64,000 bases of DNA from an uncultured archaeon (GCA_964447495.1 CAYUTF010000001.1:96001-160000), one strand, 5' to 3'. Positions 29,200 to 40,637 are shown, counted from the first letter of the stretch. Translations and numbers: made by a program. Notes: generated from the sequence alone by a model not told the origin.

Positions 29200-31176
29200 T
29201 CATGTTTTTGTATTCATAATTCCTTCATTTGCTAATATTCTGCTCACACTTTCTTTATTCATGCTATCGATATGATAATATAATGCATTTGATGACTCTG
29301 CAAGCTTTTTATTCATTTCTAGTTTTATATCCGTAGTTTCAGTATCAATAATTATCATATCTATCTTATTTTTTTTAATTTCTTTTCCAATATTTAGTAT
29401 ATCATCGATTGGATCCTTAAAAAAGACATTTCCCCGCGCATCAGTTATAAGTGTAATCATTGGGATATATCCAGTATTCTTTCGTTTCTCTTCGAGAGCA
29501 ATATTTAAAGCTTTACTCAAACCTGTTACTAAAGGCGTTGTACCACCTGTTGGGATTTCCTTTAATAATTTATAAGCTAAATCAGTACTTTTAGTGGGAG
29601 GCAAGATAATTTCGGCAGTTTCTCCTCGAAAAACTACTAATGAGACCTTATCTCTATAGACATAATTAGATTGAAGGAGTGAAAAAATTACGCCTTTAAC
29701 TGTTTCCATCCTTTCATTTGCACCCATTGAACCTGAAGCATCTACACAAAAGATAATCAAATAACTTGATTTTCCGCTTCTATTTTTAATATGGATATGG
29801 TCATCTTTTACCTTTATTTTTCCACCATTTTTAATAATTTCTTTATTTTCAGATTCTAATGCCGCAGCATTAATGGTCTGAAGAACGGCAATATCTGTTG
29901 ATGTTTTAAAATTGAAATTTTTTGGCTTCTGTCCACTAATATATTTACCCTTTTTATCTTGAGTGGGATGTAATAATCGTTGACCAGAAGTGTTCATATT
30001 CTTTTTAATTCTTTTTTTTTCCAATACATCATCTGTTCTTATGCTTCGATTAATTCCAAATACTCTTTCTTTAATATTTATGATTTCCTTTTCATCTCCT
30101 TCATCAGAATCATACTGTATATTAGTTTCTTCCTCGATTTTTAGTTGTTCATCAAAAAATTTATCAATCTCATCTTCATTTATTGTATTTTCCTCAAAGG
30201 GAAGTTTTCTTAAGCGGTGAGCTAAAGCCAATTTAGTAGCAATTTTAATATCTTCATCCCATACTGTAATCCTCCCATTAAAAGCGGCAATAGTTTTTGC
30301 TGTTAAATTAATTGTAATATCTGCTCTATGACTGTCAATATCTAATTGAACTGATAGTTGAGCAATCCTTTTTAATTGTTCTTCAGTAATTTGAACCTTA
30401 TCCAAGATTTTACGAGCATTTATAATTCTAGAGCTCAATTCTTTTTGGCTATTCTCAAACTTATCATAAAATTCATGAGGATCGTTATGATACTGCTCTG
30501 CATATTTAATAATCTGGACTCGTTTATCTATATTTAAAATAGGTTTTGCTTCCATGCTTAATCCAAACCTGTCTAAAAGTTGAGGCCGTAAATTTCCCTC
30601 TTCTGGATTCATTGTTCCTACTAAGATAAAATTAGATGGGTGATGGACACTAATTCCCTCCCGTTCAATAATATTTATCCCCATCGCAGCACTATCTAGT
30701 AAAACATCTGCTACATTATCAGCTAGGAGATTTACTTCATCTATATAAAGAATATTTCTATTTGCCTCAGCTAAAATTCCTGGTTCTAATGCCTTCAAGC
30801 CTTCTTCTAAAGCTTTCTTGATATCAATTGTTCCGACGACTCTATCCTCAGTAGCATTTATGGGTAAATTAATAACACGCATTTTTCGCTTTTCTATATC
30901 ATTATCAGTTAATTTATTGTCAATTATTTTATGTTGACAAGAATGACATGACTCCTTAAGATTGTGAGGGTTGCAATTGAAAGGACAATCCTTAATTATT
31001 TCAATTTCGGGGAGTAGATCAGCTAGTGCTCTAACAGCAGTTGATTTCGCAGTTCCTTTTGTTCCCTTAATTAGAACGCCACCAATTTTTGGATTAATTG
31101 CGTTTAAAATCAATGCAAGTTTCATAAGGTTTTGTTCTACTATAGCAGTAAAAGGGTAGGCTTTAAAATGTGTCAT
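29200..31176 (-). CDS. chlD: Class I chelatase ChlI/ChlD subunit (AAA+ plus acidic linker plus vWA)
   Basis: [51 protein letters not shown]; v[21 protein letters not shown]. Confidence 0.92.
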   Translation of the reverse strand: MTHFKAYPFTAIVEQNLMKLALILNAINPKIGGVLIKGTKGTAKSTAVRALADLLPEIEIIKDCPFNCNPHNLKESCHSCQHKIIDNKLTDNDIEKRKMRVINLPINATEDRVVGTIDIKKALEEGLKALEPGILAEANRNILYIDEVNLLADNVADVLLDSAAMGINIIEREGISVHHPSNFILVGTMNPEEGNLRPQLLDRFGLSMEAKPILNIDKRVQIIKYAEQYHNDPHEFYDKFENSQKELSSRIINARKILDKVQITEEQLKRIAQLSVQLDIDSHRADITINLTAKTIAAFNGRITVWDEDIKIATKLALAHRLRKLPFEENTINEDEIDKFFDEQLKIEEETNIQYDSDEGDEKEIINIKERVFGINRSIRTDDVLEKKRIKKNMNTSGQRLLHPTQDKKGKYISGQKPKNFNFKTSTDIAVLQTINAAALESENKEIIKNGGKIKVKDDHIHIKNRSGKSSYLIIFCVDASGSMGANERMETVKGVIFSLLQSNYVYRDKVSLVVFRGETAEIILPPTKSTDLAYKLLKEIPTGGTTPLVTGLSKALNIALEEKRKNTGYIPMITLITDARGNVFFKDPIDDILNIGKEIKKNKIDMIIIDTETTDIKLEMNKKLAESSNALYYHIDSMNKESVSRILANEGIMNTKT

Positions 31177-31314
31177 TTTCGATCATTCTGACTCTTTAGA
31201 TTAAATTTAATATAAATTTATAAATTTTTCATACTTTATGAAAATGAACAAATCGTAGTTAAAAAAATTATTTTTTTTTAAAAATAAGTTTTAGTTATCT
31301 AATTTGAATAACTG

Positions 31315-31905
31315 CTAGATTTCACTCTTAATCTCTTTATAAAATAAATTTAAAATTTCAAGTCTTTTTTGAGCGATTTTTTTTGAAATATCAAGAAAAA
31401 GCATTTCTCTTAATTTGAAAATTTTATTTTCGAGATGATTAATAACATCATGGAGATTACCATTATTTTTTATGGTAAATCCAATGGTTCTGTATAATCC
31501 AATAGCACCAAGGGCATCTAATTTATCTGCATCTGAAAGAATTTTGGCTTCAAGTGTTTTTGGTGTAATTTTATTTGAAAATGAATGCGATTGAATGCTA
31601 TGATATATGTTTTCAATGTCACTTTTTTGAAAGGGAAAATTAGATGTATTTATATACTTCAAAGCTATCTCTGCGGAAACCTCAGCATGATTTTTATTTT
31701 TTTGGTTAAAATTCTCAGTGTATCGACCAGTATCATGCAATAACGCAGCTATTCTAAGAAGAAATAAATTTGCTTGCAATTTATGACCAATATATATACA
31801 CATATTATAAACTCTTTCTGTATGCCCAAAACCATGAATTTTATTAGAATCAGTTGAATTTTGGACAAATCTTCTAATATTATTTATGATTTCTTCTTCA
31901 TTCAT
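31315..31905 (-). CDS. HD-domain phosphohydrolase
   Basis: HGFGHTERV, ALLHD, HSF, DADKLDALGAIG. Confidence 0.9.
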   Translation of the reverse strand: MNEEEIINNIRRFVQNSTDSNKIHGFGHTERVYNMCIYIGHKLQANLFLLRIAALLHDTGRYTENFNQKNKNHAEVSAEIALKYINTSNFPFQKSDIENIYHSIQSHSFSNKITPKTLEAKILSDADKLDALGAIGLYRTIGFTIKNNGNLHDVINHLENKIFKLREMLFLDISKKIAQKRLEILNLFYKEIKSEI

Positions 31906-32013
31906 ATCTTATCATAATGAATTATTCGCTAGCAAAAGAAAAAGATTGTCATAAAAAATGAAAATAATGAAATATATATTAAAAAATAAGCAGAAAATAA
32001 AGATATGAAGAGC

Positions 32014-33699
32014 TTAGACTTCCTCTCCCCGCCTTCTTGCTTCTATTTCTTTTAAATCTTTTCTTAAAACTTTCCCTACGAGAGTTTCAGGAAGTTCTTT
32101 TCTGAATTCAATAAATTTTGGTATTTTATAGGGCGCAACAACTTTTCTACAAAACTCTTTTATCTCTGCTATCATCTCATCTGATTCTTTAAAACCATCC
32201 TTAAGGACTATGTATGCTTTCACTTTTTCACTGCCAGGTAGATTAGGATCTGGAACACCTATAACTGCTGCATTTTCTATAGCTTCATTTTCAAATAAGA
32301 CATCTTCAAGTTCTCTGGGATATACTTTAAACCCACTTACATTTATCATATCTTTCTTTCTATCTACTATGTAGAAATAGCCATCATCGTCCATCTTAGC
32401 GATATCACCTGTTAATAGCCAACGATCCTTTATCTGATTATCAGTTTCTTCGGGTTTATTCCAGTATCCTTTCATAACTTGAGGACCTTTTATCATTATT
32501 TCTCCTGATTCTCCTAATGGCATAATTTTAGTATAATCTTCAATATCAACAATTTTTACTTCTGTATCTGGAATAGGCATGCCTACTGATCCAATTTTTC
32601 GCTCTCCTTTAAATGGATTAGTGTGTGTTACTGGAGATGATTCAGTCATACCATACCCTTCAAGAATTTTACTTCCTGTTCTTTCCTCAAAATCTTTAAG
32701 TACCTCTGGTGGCATTGGAGCTGCTCCTGTATTGCAAATTCTTATAGATCTCATATCTTTTGCATAATCTTCGAGATCATCCCTTTCTAATAATCGCATA
32801 TACATTGTAGGCACACCAGGAAACATAGTTGGACTTGTTGATTTGATCATCTCGAATAATGATTTTTGATCACGAGGATCCGGATTAAGCGCAATAGTAG
32901 AACCAATATATACATGCATATTCATGCATACTGTTTGTCCATAAATATGGAAAAGTGGTAAGTTTGTCAGAATTGTCTCTTTTCCTCTTCTAAGTTCATC
33001 AGTACCCCAAGCAACAACAGCAACGCAATTTGAAACAAGATTATAATGAGTAAGCATTGCTCCTTTAGGTAAGCCTGTAGTCCCACCAGTATATTGAAGA
33101 CAAGCAATATCTTCTTTTGGATGAGTTTCAAACTTAGGAGGATTTGGTTTTGTATTAGTTATAAGGTTTAAAAATTGCAGAGTACCAGATATTTCTGGAG
33201 GATTTCTTGGAGCCATTGGTGAATAATCGAATACATTTGTGATGATTACATGTCTTAGTCGAGTTCTATCTCGAATATTATTTATTTTTTCGACTTGGTT
33301 ATCCCATGCTATTATTATTTCTGCTCCTGAATCATTTAATTGGTATGCTAACTCATGTTCTGTATGGAGTACGCTACAAGCAGTGACAATGGCACCTGCT
33401 TTTAATATTCCATAATAACTCATTATAAATTGCGGAAAATTTGGAATCATTATCGCAACAACATCTCCTTTTTTAACTCCAAGGTCTACTAATGCTGTTG
33501 CTAATCTATCAGTGATATCATCCAACTTTTTATAAGAAATTTTATTTTTCAAAAACCAAAGTGCTGTACGACCACCAAAATTTTTTGCAGAATTCACCAA
33601 AAATTCATAAATATTGATTTCTGGGTAATCTATATGCGCTGGTACACCTTTATCATAATTCTTTAGCCAAGGCTTTGTTTTATAGGCATCTTCACTCAA
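32014..33699 (-). CDS. fadD: Long-chain fatty acid--CoA ligase
   Basis: QYTGGTTGLPKG, EGYGMTE, TGD, DRKKDMI, LVGKVLR. Confidence 0.92.
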   Translation of the reverse strand: MSEDAYKTKPWLKNYDKGVPAHIDYPEINIYEFLVNSAKNFGGRTALWFLKNKISYKKLDDITDRLATALVDLGVKKGDVVAIMIPNFPQFIMSYYGILKAGAIVTACSVLHTEHELAYQLNDSGAEIIIAWDNQVEKINNIRDRTRLRHVIITNVFDYSPMAPRNPPEISGTLQFLNLITNTKPNPPKFETHPKEDIACLQYTGGTTGLPKGAMLTHYNLVSNCVAVVAWGTDELRRGKETILTNLPLFHIYGQTVCMNMHVYIGSTIALNPDPRDQKSLFEMIKSTSPTMFPGVPTMYMRLLERDDLEDYAKDMRSIRICNTGAAPMPPEVLKDFEERTGSKILEGYGMTESSPVTHTNPFKGERKIGSVGMPIPDTEVKIVDIEDYTKIMPLGESGEIMIKGPQVMKGYWNKPEETDNQIKDRWLLTGDIAKMDDDGYFYIVDRKKDMINVSGFKVYPRELEDVLFENEAIENAAVIGVPDPNLPGSEKVKAYIVLKDGFKESDEMIAEIKEFCRKVVAPYKIPKFIEFRKELPETLVGKVLRKDLKEIEARRRGEEV

Positions 33700-33800
33700 A
33701 TTATTTTCACTCCTTTTAGTATTATTTTTAATATTAAAGAATAGTGTCTTATTAATTTTATTTTAAATAAAATAATATAAAAAGAAATTATATCGTAATT

Positions 33801-35399
33801 TTATGTGTTTTCTTTTATATTATCAATAGCTAAATCAGCTGCTTCACATACATAATCGCATTCATCATGAATCATACCTTGTAATGCAGTTATTACTTCA
33901 TTAGTATCCACATTAATTTTACCTAATGCTTCTGTTGCTCTCCATCTTACATCTTTATTCTTATCGGATAAAACCCCAATTAGAGAGGGAATTGCATCGA
34001 TGGCAAATGGACCGAGCTTTCCAAGAGAGAGTGCTGTCTCTCGTCTTACATTAGCTTTAGAGTCTTTTAAAGTCACTTCCAAAGCTTTAAGAGCTTCTTT
34101 AGAGTTAATTCCTATTTTTCCTAAAGTTCTTGCGGCTTCTAGTCTTATATATTTTTTTTTACTTTTCAGTTGTTTAATTACGAAATTTATTGGTTCTTCT
34201 TTACTTATGCCAATTCCCCCTATGGAAGATATCAACAAAACTTTATGTTTGTTACCTAGATCTAATAGCTTATGAAACCATAAATAATCTCCAAGACTAA
34301 ATTTTACGATATCAATAATGCTAAATATACAATACAATATGATATAAATTACACAAATAGAATATATTAAGTCATATATAAACCACAAATTTAAAATATC
34401 GAGTATAAAAATTAGTGATGGAGGATATAGGGTGAATAATAAACTTATAGCTAGAATGATTAAATAAATGAAAAAGCTAAAAGAAGTTTTAATATTAAGA
34501 GGAATGTGTGTTTTATCATAAGCCTTTATAATGAATGGAATACTGGGTTCGCCAATATTTCGAAGGGCATCAGCTGTTTTGCCTCTTACAGTTTCTTTTT
34601 TATCACGGAGTAATTTGGCCATTTTTTCTATAATTTCTGGATTTGACACCCTCAATTCGCCTAAAGTTTCAATTGCTCCTTCTCTTACAACTCTCTCTTT
34701 ATGTTCAAGAATATCAAGTAAATAAGGAATCGTTGGTTCTCCAATTTCTGATAATGTATTAATTACTCTATTTCGAACTCTCCAATCATCATCATTAAGA
34801 GCATTAATTAGAGTAGGTATTGCTTTTATAGTATTTTTTCCTATTCCACTTATAGCTTCAGCTGAGGCTGTTCTTACAGTCCAGTTGGGATCTCTCATAC
34901 TTTTTGCTAAGTCAGGAATTACTTCATAGGCATCAGGACCTAATAAACCTAAAGATTTTGCTGATTCCTTTCGAACTTCTTCCTCTCCATCCTTTAAACC
35001 GTTTTTTAAAATTTCAATACATTCCTTAGTAGCAGCACAAATTTTGCCTAAAGAGGTAACAACAGCGGTACGAATGCTTATTTCCTTATCTTCTGTAAGG
35101 TCGGCTAGTGTTGGAATGGCTTCAGATGCAATAGGTCCAATTTTACCAAGAGATCTTGCAGCTTCACGTCGAATACTCCAATCTTCATCATGAAGATATT
35201 TAGAAATTTTTGATACTGCGTCACGTCCAGCTTTTTCTCCTAATTCTCCAAGTACATAAATGGAGTTAAACCGTATGGATCTAATTTCATTATCTACTTG
35301 AGTTATTACTTCATTAATGATAGAAGTATCTTTTTCAATTCTCGATAATACCAAATCAATTCTTGCATCTCTTAATAATTGTTCTAAAGAAGCAGACAT
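33801..35399 (-). CDS. HEAT (PBS-lyase) repeat protein with an internal transmembrane hairpin
   Basis: Repeated L.D.dw.VR..AA.aLG.iG units interrupted by about 60 hydrophobic residues (FSFFIYLIILAISLL...CVIYIILYCIFSII). Confidence 0.85.
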   Translation of the reverse strand: MSASLEQLLRDARIDLVLSRIEKDTSIINEVITQVDNEIRSIRFNSIYVLGELGEKAGRDAVSKISKYLHDEDWSIRREAARSLGKIGPIASEAIPTLADLTEDKEISIRTAVVTSLGKICAATKECIEILKNGLKDGEEEVRKESAKSLGLLGPDAYEVIPDLAKSMRDPNWTVRTASAEAISGIGKNTIKAIPTLINALNDDDWRVRNRVINTLSEIGEPTIPYLLDILEHKERVVREGAIETLGELRVSNPEIIEKMAKLLRDKKETVRGKTADALRNIGEPSIPFIIKAYDKTHIPLNIKTSFSFFIYLIILAISLLFTLYPPSLIFILDILNLWFIYDLIYSICVIYIILYCIFSIIDIVKFSLGDYLWFHKLLDLGNKHKVLLISSIGGIGISKEEPINFVIKQLKSKKKYIRLEAARTLGKIGINSKEALKALEVTLKDSKANVRRETALSLGKLGPFAIDAIPSLIGVLSDKNKDVRWRATEALGKINVDTNEVITALQGMIHDECDYVCEAADLAIDNIKENT

Positions 35400-35410
35400 T
35401 TTATATCACC

Positions 35411-36124
35411 TTATATTCCTAAATAGACTTTTTTTATTCGTGGTTCTTTCTCAAGTTGTTCTTTCGTGCCCCTCATTTCAATCTTACCTTCTTCGAGTAC
35501 ATGAATGTTATCAGCTACATTCATAGCAAGGACCGCGTCTTGTTCCACTAATAATGTTGTAGTACCTTCACGCTTAATTTTATTAATTGCTGTAAAGATG
35601 GAATCTTTAAGTTTAGGAGCTAAACCTAGTGATGGTTCATCAAGTAAGAGTAATTTAGGGTTAGCTAATAAAGCTCTTGCTATAGCGAGCATTTGCTGTT
35701 CACCTCCACTAAGAGTTCCTGCTCGTTGTTTTCTTCTTTCTTTAAGGCGAGGGAAGATTTCAAAAACAAAATTTAATATTTCATTAAATTTGTTCTTATC
35801 CTTAAGAGAAAAAGCTCCCATATCAAGGTTTTCCATTACAGTCATATCATAAAATAGTCTTCGCCGTTCTGGACAATGAGCAATTCCTTTTTTCGCAATT
35901 TTATGCGCTTTTAATCCATCAATTCGTTCTCCTAAAAAAATCACTTTTCCCCGATCTGGTTCTTCTAAACCAGATATTACTCTTAAAAGGGTAGATTTTC
36001 CCGCACCATTTGGACCGATTACAGCATCAAGATTTCCCTCTTCTACTTTTAAATTTATCTCTTCTAGTGCTTTTGCTTTTTCATAATAGTGATAAATTTT
36101 TTTCATTTCAAGCAAATGTTCCAC
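35411..36124 (-). CDS. livF: HAAT-family ABC transporter ATPase
   Basis: GPNGAGKS, LSGGEQQMLAIAR, LDEPSLGLAP, VEQ. Confidence 0.93.
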   Translation of the reverse strand: MEHLLEMKKIYHYYEKAKALEEINLKVEEGNLDAVIGPNGAGKSTLLRVISGLEEPDRGKVIFLGERIDGLKAHKIAKKGIAHCPERRRLFYDMTVMENLDMGAFSLKDKNKFNEILNFVFEIFPRLKERRKQRAGTLSGGEQQMLAIARALLANPKLLLLDEPSLGLAPKLKDSIFTAINKIKREGTTTLLVEQDAVLAMNVADNIHVLEEGKIEMRGTKEQLEKEPRIKKVYLGI

Positions 36125-36848
36125 CTCTTCCTAAATATGCTTCTAAAACAATTTTATTATTTGCAACCTCTTCTGGAGGACCATCAGCAATAAATTTCCC
36201 TTGATGCATTGCGATTACTCTTGGCACAAGATGCATCAATTCACGCAAAACATGGCCCGTAACAAACACAGTTACTCCATCAGAATAAAGACTTTTTATT
36301 AAATCTGTAATTACATCCGCTTCTTCATGCGATAATCCACTAAAAGGCTCATCAAGAAGCAATAATTTGGGATTAGTTCCCAATGCTTTCCCAATTTGCA
36401 GTTTTCTTAGATCTCCATGCGGTAAAATTACGGGGGGGAGTCTTGCCTTATCTACAAGCCCTACAGAGGCTAAGATGGTGCTAGAATATGCATCAATACC
36501 ATATTCTTTAGCTATTTTTTTTCCTCTGGGTGATAAGCAAGAAACATTAATATTATCAAGTAAACTCATGTACTTGAATGATCTTACCAACTGAAAAGTT
36601 CTGACTAAACCGAAATTAACAATTTTGTGAGGTTTCATTCCAGTAATATCGCGTCCATCAAATCTGATCTTTCCAGATGTTGGTTTTTCAATACCAGAGA
36701 TACAATTAAATACTGTTGTCTTTCCCGCACCATTTGGTCCGATTAAGCCAACAAACTCTCCTCTATGAATTTCAAAACTAAAATCGTTAACGGCGGTTAA
36801 ACCACTAAATTTTTTTGTTAAATTTTTTACCTCTAATATGATTCCCAA
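36108..36848 (-). CDS. livG: HAAT-family ABC transporter ATPase
   Basis: FSGLTAV, GPNGAGKTT, RTFQ, LLLLDEP, VLEAYLG. Confidence 0.92.
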   Translation of the reverse strand: MGIILEVKNLTKKFSGLTAVNDFSFEIHRGEFVGLIGPNGAGKTTVFNCISGIEKPTSGKIRFDGRDITGMKPHKIVNFGLVRTFQLVRSFKYMSLLDNINVSCLSPRGKKIAKEYGIDAYSSTILASVGLVDKARLPPVILPHGDLRKLQIGKALGTNPKLLLLDEPFSGLSHEEADVITDLIKSLYSDGVTVFVTGHVLRELMHLVPRVIAMHQGKFIADGPPEEVANNKIVLEAYLGRGGTFA

Positions 36849-36875
36849 TTTTTTTACACATTCCTTTATTTTTAT

Positions 36876-37997
36876 TTATCTTCCTAGTACAAGATCCCAT
36901 ACATTTTGTAATCGTTCTAAAGCTGGTTGTAATATTCCATGTTCTGCAAATCGGATTATTAAGATTAAAATGATTGAAAAAACAAAGATTGGTTCAACAA
37001 AACCTCCAATTGCTCCCGTAATATTCGGATTGTCCCCTAAAAGTCTTAGAAACTCTCCTAAAAACACAAAAATGAATGCTCCAAGTGCTGATCCTGAGAT
37101 CGTTGCAATTCCACCAATTGCAGCCATTATAATGCCATAAAATGAATAGATTGGTTGGAAAATACCGGGATTAACGCCACTAATACGCAAGGACCACAAA
37201 CTCCCTGCGATTCCAGCTATAAATCCACTTATCATAAATGCAATAATTTTATATTTAGTAGTATTGATCCCAGAGGCTTTTGTACCCGTCTCATCATCCC
37301 TTATTGCTTTAAATATCGTACCAGTATTTGATTTGACAAGATGAGTTAAAAATGCCATTGCAGTACACATTATAAGAAATATAATAATGTATTGTATTAT
37401 TGGATCTTGAGATATAGGAGGCACTTGTCCTATTCCGTTAGTTCCAAATAATACTGTTCCAGGAAATAGGTTACTCCATAGAGTTCCTAAACTAGACATT
37501 TTAAAAATCTCATATAGAATTAAACTCATTGCGAGAGTTCCTAAAGCTAAATATGGTCCTTTTAATCGTAAAGAGGGTATGCCTACAATCAATCCAAATA
37601 ATACAGCGATGAAAGCACCTAGTAATAATGTAATCCACCATGGCATTGGACCAATTATGACCCATTGTGAAGTAGAAAAATCCCAGAATGCCAAGGGAAT
37701 AAATCTCGTAGTATAGGCAGTTACATAAGCTGCTACACCTAAAAAAATGGCATGCCCAAAGCTCACTTGTCCAACATAACCCGCCAGAAAATCCCAAGAT
37801 GCAGCAAAAATCGTATATATCATAAAAGTATAAAAAATTCCTAAAATATATGTATTAGTTGTAATAAATGGAATTATAAATAGACCAATCAAACAAACTA
37901 AGGTCACTTTTCCTCTAAAGGTAGTAATCCAAGATTTGAAATATAATTTAAAATCAACCAAATAATTTCTTTTATTTTGATTTTGCAGCATTTTCAC
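36876..37997 (-). CDS. livM: HAAT-family ABC permease
   Basis: GYVGQVSFGHA, LRLKGPYLAL, AIRDDE, IIMAAIGG. Confidence 0.92.
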   Translation of the reverse strand: MKMLQNQNKRNYLVDFKLYFKSWITTFRGKVTLVCLIGLFIIPFITTNTYILGIFYTFMIYTIFAASWDFLAGYVGQVSFGHAIFLGVAAYVTAYTTRFIPLAFWDFSTSQWVIIGPMPWWITLLLGAFIAVLFGLIVGIPSLRLKGPYLALGTLAMSLILYEIFKMSSLGTLWSNLFPGTVLFGTNGIGQVPPISQDPIIQYIIIFLIMCTAMAFLTHLVKSNTGTIFKAIRDDETGTKASGINTTKYKIIAFMISGFIAGIAGSLWSLRISGVNPGIFQPIYSFYGIIMAAIGGIATISGSALGAFIFVFLGEFLRLLGDNPNITGAIGGFVEPIFVFSIILILIIRFAEHGILQPALERLQNVWDLVLGR

Positions 37998-38016
37998 ATC
38001 CTCTTTTAATAATTAG

Positions 38017-38916
38017 TTATTTTATTTCCTTTTTTCCAAAAAGCCCTCTTGGTCTTATTACCAACATCACTACGATTACAACAATAGGGATTAAAGCTCC
38101 AAAGATAGGATCTATAAAACTATCAGTAAATTTACTTGCAAAAGCAAGAATAAAGGCACCAATTACACTTCCAGGTAAACTTCCTAAACCGCCAAGTACT
38201 ACTATTGCAAACGAATTAATTAATATGGGCCATCCAATATGAGGAGCAACAGTCCCAAGAGGACCATTTATAATTGCTGCTACTCCAGCTAAAAATGCAG
38301 AGATCATCAAGGTATAAGCAAGAATTTTATCAACATTAATACCCATTAACTCTGCTGCTTCTGAATCTTGAGCTACAGCACGTATAGACTTTCCTAATTT
38401 TGATTTTTTGATGAATATTGTGGTCAAAACCACTAGCACTATCGCTACTATTATGATTATAAGAGATTGATATTGGATATCTACCCCCAATACAGTAAAA
38501 TATTCAGGATCTACTCCAAAATATAAAAAATAATCAGGAATTTTATGATAAATTTTATCTACAAGAATTCCAACAATTTGTTCTATGAAAAAAGCAAATG
38601 CAAAAGTAACTATAACTACACCAACATGACTTTCTTTTAAGGGTTTAATAAGTAGTAAATACATTAACCCTCCTATTATTGTGGTAATACCCAATCCAAA
38701 AATTATTCCTAAAATAAATCCTAATCCCGCAACATCTTTAATAAAAACGTACATTAAGTATGTAGCTATAACATAGAATGCTCCGTGAGCTTGATTTAAA
38801 ATCCCTCCAACTCCATAAACTAAAGAAAAACCTAAAGCTAGTAAGGAATAAATGGATCCTTGTATTGCTCCACTTATTATAAAACTTAACAATTCTTCAA
38901 TCAAATTTACGTTCAC
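38017..38916 (-). CDS. livH: HAAT-family ABC permease
   Basis: YSLLALGFSLVYG, NQAHG, GKSIRAVAQD, VVLGGLGS, RPRGLFG. Confidence 0.92.
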   Translation of the reverse strand: MNVNLIEELLSFIISGAIQGSIYSLLALGFSLVYGVGGILNQAHGAFYVIATYLMYVFIKDVAGLGFILGIIFGLGITTIIGGLMYLLLIKPLKESHVGVVIVTFAFAFFIEQIVGILVDKIYHKIPDYFLYFGVDPEYFTVLGVDIQYQSLIIIIVAIVLVVLTTIFIKKSKLGKSIRAVAQDSEAAELMGINVDKILAYTLMISAFLAGVAAIINGPLGTVAPHIGWPILINSFAIVVLGGLGSLPGSVIGAFILAFASKFTDSFIDPIFGALIPIVVIVVMLVIRPRGLFGKKEIK

Positions 38917-39173
38917 CTAGAACAAATTATCTCTTTAGGAATTAATTACTAAATAATTTTGTTTTTATTTTATTCTTTTATTTTGTTTTCATTATATAAA
39001 AAACTATATTAATTTTACGGCAACTTGGTGTTTTTTTTTTTTAAAATTTAATTTATAGTTAAAAATATGATCATAAATCCATTTTATTCATCAAAAAAGT
39101 ATAATCTTTAAATACATCTTTAACCGAAATTAACTTGTTAATCTTAATTTATATATAAAAGTGACGAACTAAA

Positions 39174-40571
39174 ATGGAACAATTAACAAAAAGAATTCTA
39201 GCTATCGTATTGATTGCTGTTATTGGAGTGGGCATTGGTATAACCGTCTGGGTTTTTGTTGCACCCTATTCGTGGGGAGCTAAAGATGTACCTGGATTAG
39301 AGGATCAAGATATTCCTGAAGACCAAATTATAAGAATGGGTGTTATCAGCGGACTTTATGATATACAAGGAGACGCCGAATTAAAAGCAGCAAGATTAGC
39401 TGCTAAGCATATTAACTTGGATGGGGGCATCAATGTAGGAGGCAAGGATTATTTTATTGGAATTACAGCGGAAGATACGGATGAATCTAATCCAAACTTA
39501 GACACTACTAAAGGGGTTGCCGCTGCTGAACGAATCATTAGTTATAAGCGTGTTCAATTCCTTTTGGGAGGGTTTAGAACAGAATCCTTAGACGTATACT
39601 TAGAGACGATTTTAAATGCTCAAATTCCATTTATTAGTGTTGGAGCTGCCACAGATTCATTCTGTCAAAATGTTCTTGATAATTACCCTAGATACAAGTA
39701 TTTCTTTAGAATTATGCCCATCAATTCAACTTCATTAGGAGCAGAGATATTTCACTATCTTTTAACTTTTGCTGCCATGAATGGTGTAAATAAGTTCGGA
39801 CTCCTCTACGAAGATTTAGATTGGACAAAACCAACAGTAGCTGGCCTTAAAGCAGGAATACCGTATTACGGTTCTGCCCTCGGTGCCCAAGTAGTAGCTA
39901 GTGTAGGATATCCTACTACAGTTAATCAGTTGAATATGGACGATTATATTGATGATATTGATCTTAATGGTACTCAAATTCTTATCCCGATCATCTCGGC
40001 TCAAGGGGGCATCTTGATGATGGATTCCTATGCTAGAAAACAACCGGGATTTGTAATTAGCGGTATTGATGTCCAATCTCAATTAGATACGTTCTGGGAC
40101 GATACTAATGGAGACTGCTTATATGAAACTGTTTTACAAGCTGTTTATAATATATCTAAAACAGCTTATACAGTTGACTTCTGGAATGCTTATGCTGCTG
40201 AATATGGATTTGATCCACTTTATACGGGAGTTGGAGCTTATGATGCAGTGAATTTGTATGCTCAAGCAATTAATGAAACTCAATCATTTGCAGCCGATGA
40301 TATTATTGATTATTTGGAAGGTTATGACAAGGCAAACTATTATGAAGGTGTGAGTGGTCGATTAGCATTTACTCCAAGTCATGATCAGTATGAGGGTTAT
40401 CCTTATGGGTATACATTATTCGTTCAGTGGCAACCAGGTGATACCCCTGGAACGGGAAAGAAAGTAGTAGTACCTTCTCCTACTGGTGCTACTACTTGGA
40501 TTTATCCACCTTCAATGTGGACAGGAGCTTACTTATTACCAGAGTGGTCAGGTTGGGCTTTCAATACATAA
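39174..40571 (+). CDS. livK: HAAT-family ABC substrate-binding protein, N-terminally anchored
   Basis: N-terminal TM helix; INLDGGINVGG, GGFRTE, YKYFFR, AYDAV; divergent from livH. Confidence 0.85.
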   Translation: MEQLTKRILAIVLIAVIGVGIGITVWVFVAPYSWGAKDVPGLEDQDIPEDQIIRMGVISGLYDIQGDAELKAARLAAKHINLDGGINVGGKDYFIGITAEDTDESNPNLDTTKGVAAAERIISYKRVQFLLGGFRTESLDVYLETILNAQIPFISVGAATDSFCQNVLDNYPRYKYFFRIMPINSTSLGAEIFHYLLTFAAMNGVNKFGLLYEDLDWTKPTVAGLKAGIPYYGSALGAQVVASVGYPTTVNQLNMDDYIDDIDLNGTQILIPIISAQGGILMMDSYARKQPGFVISGIDVQSQLDTFWDDTNGDCLYETVLQAVYNISKTAYTVDFWNAYAAEYGFDPLYTGVGAYDAVNLYAQAINETQSFAADDIIDYLEGYDKANYYEGVSGRLAFTPSHDQYEGYPYGYTLFVQWQPGDTPGTGKKVVVPSPTGATTWIYPPSMWTGAYLLPEWSGWAFNT

Positions 40572-40637
40572 ACTAAATTATTAATTTTTTTTTTTAATTT
40601 TATTGATTATACACACTAATTTAAATCAATTTTTAAC

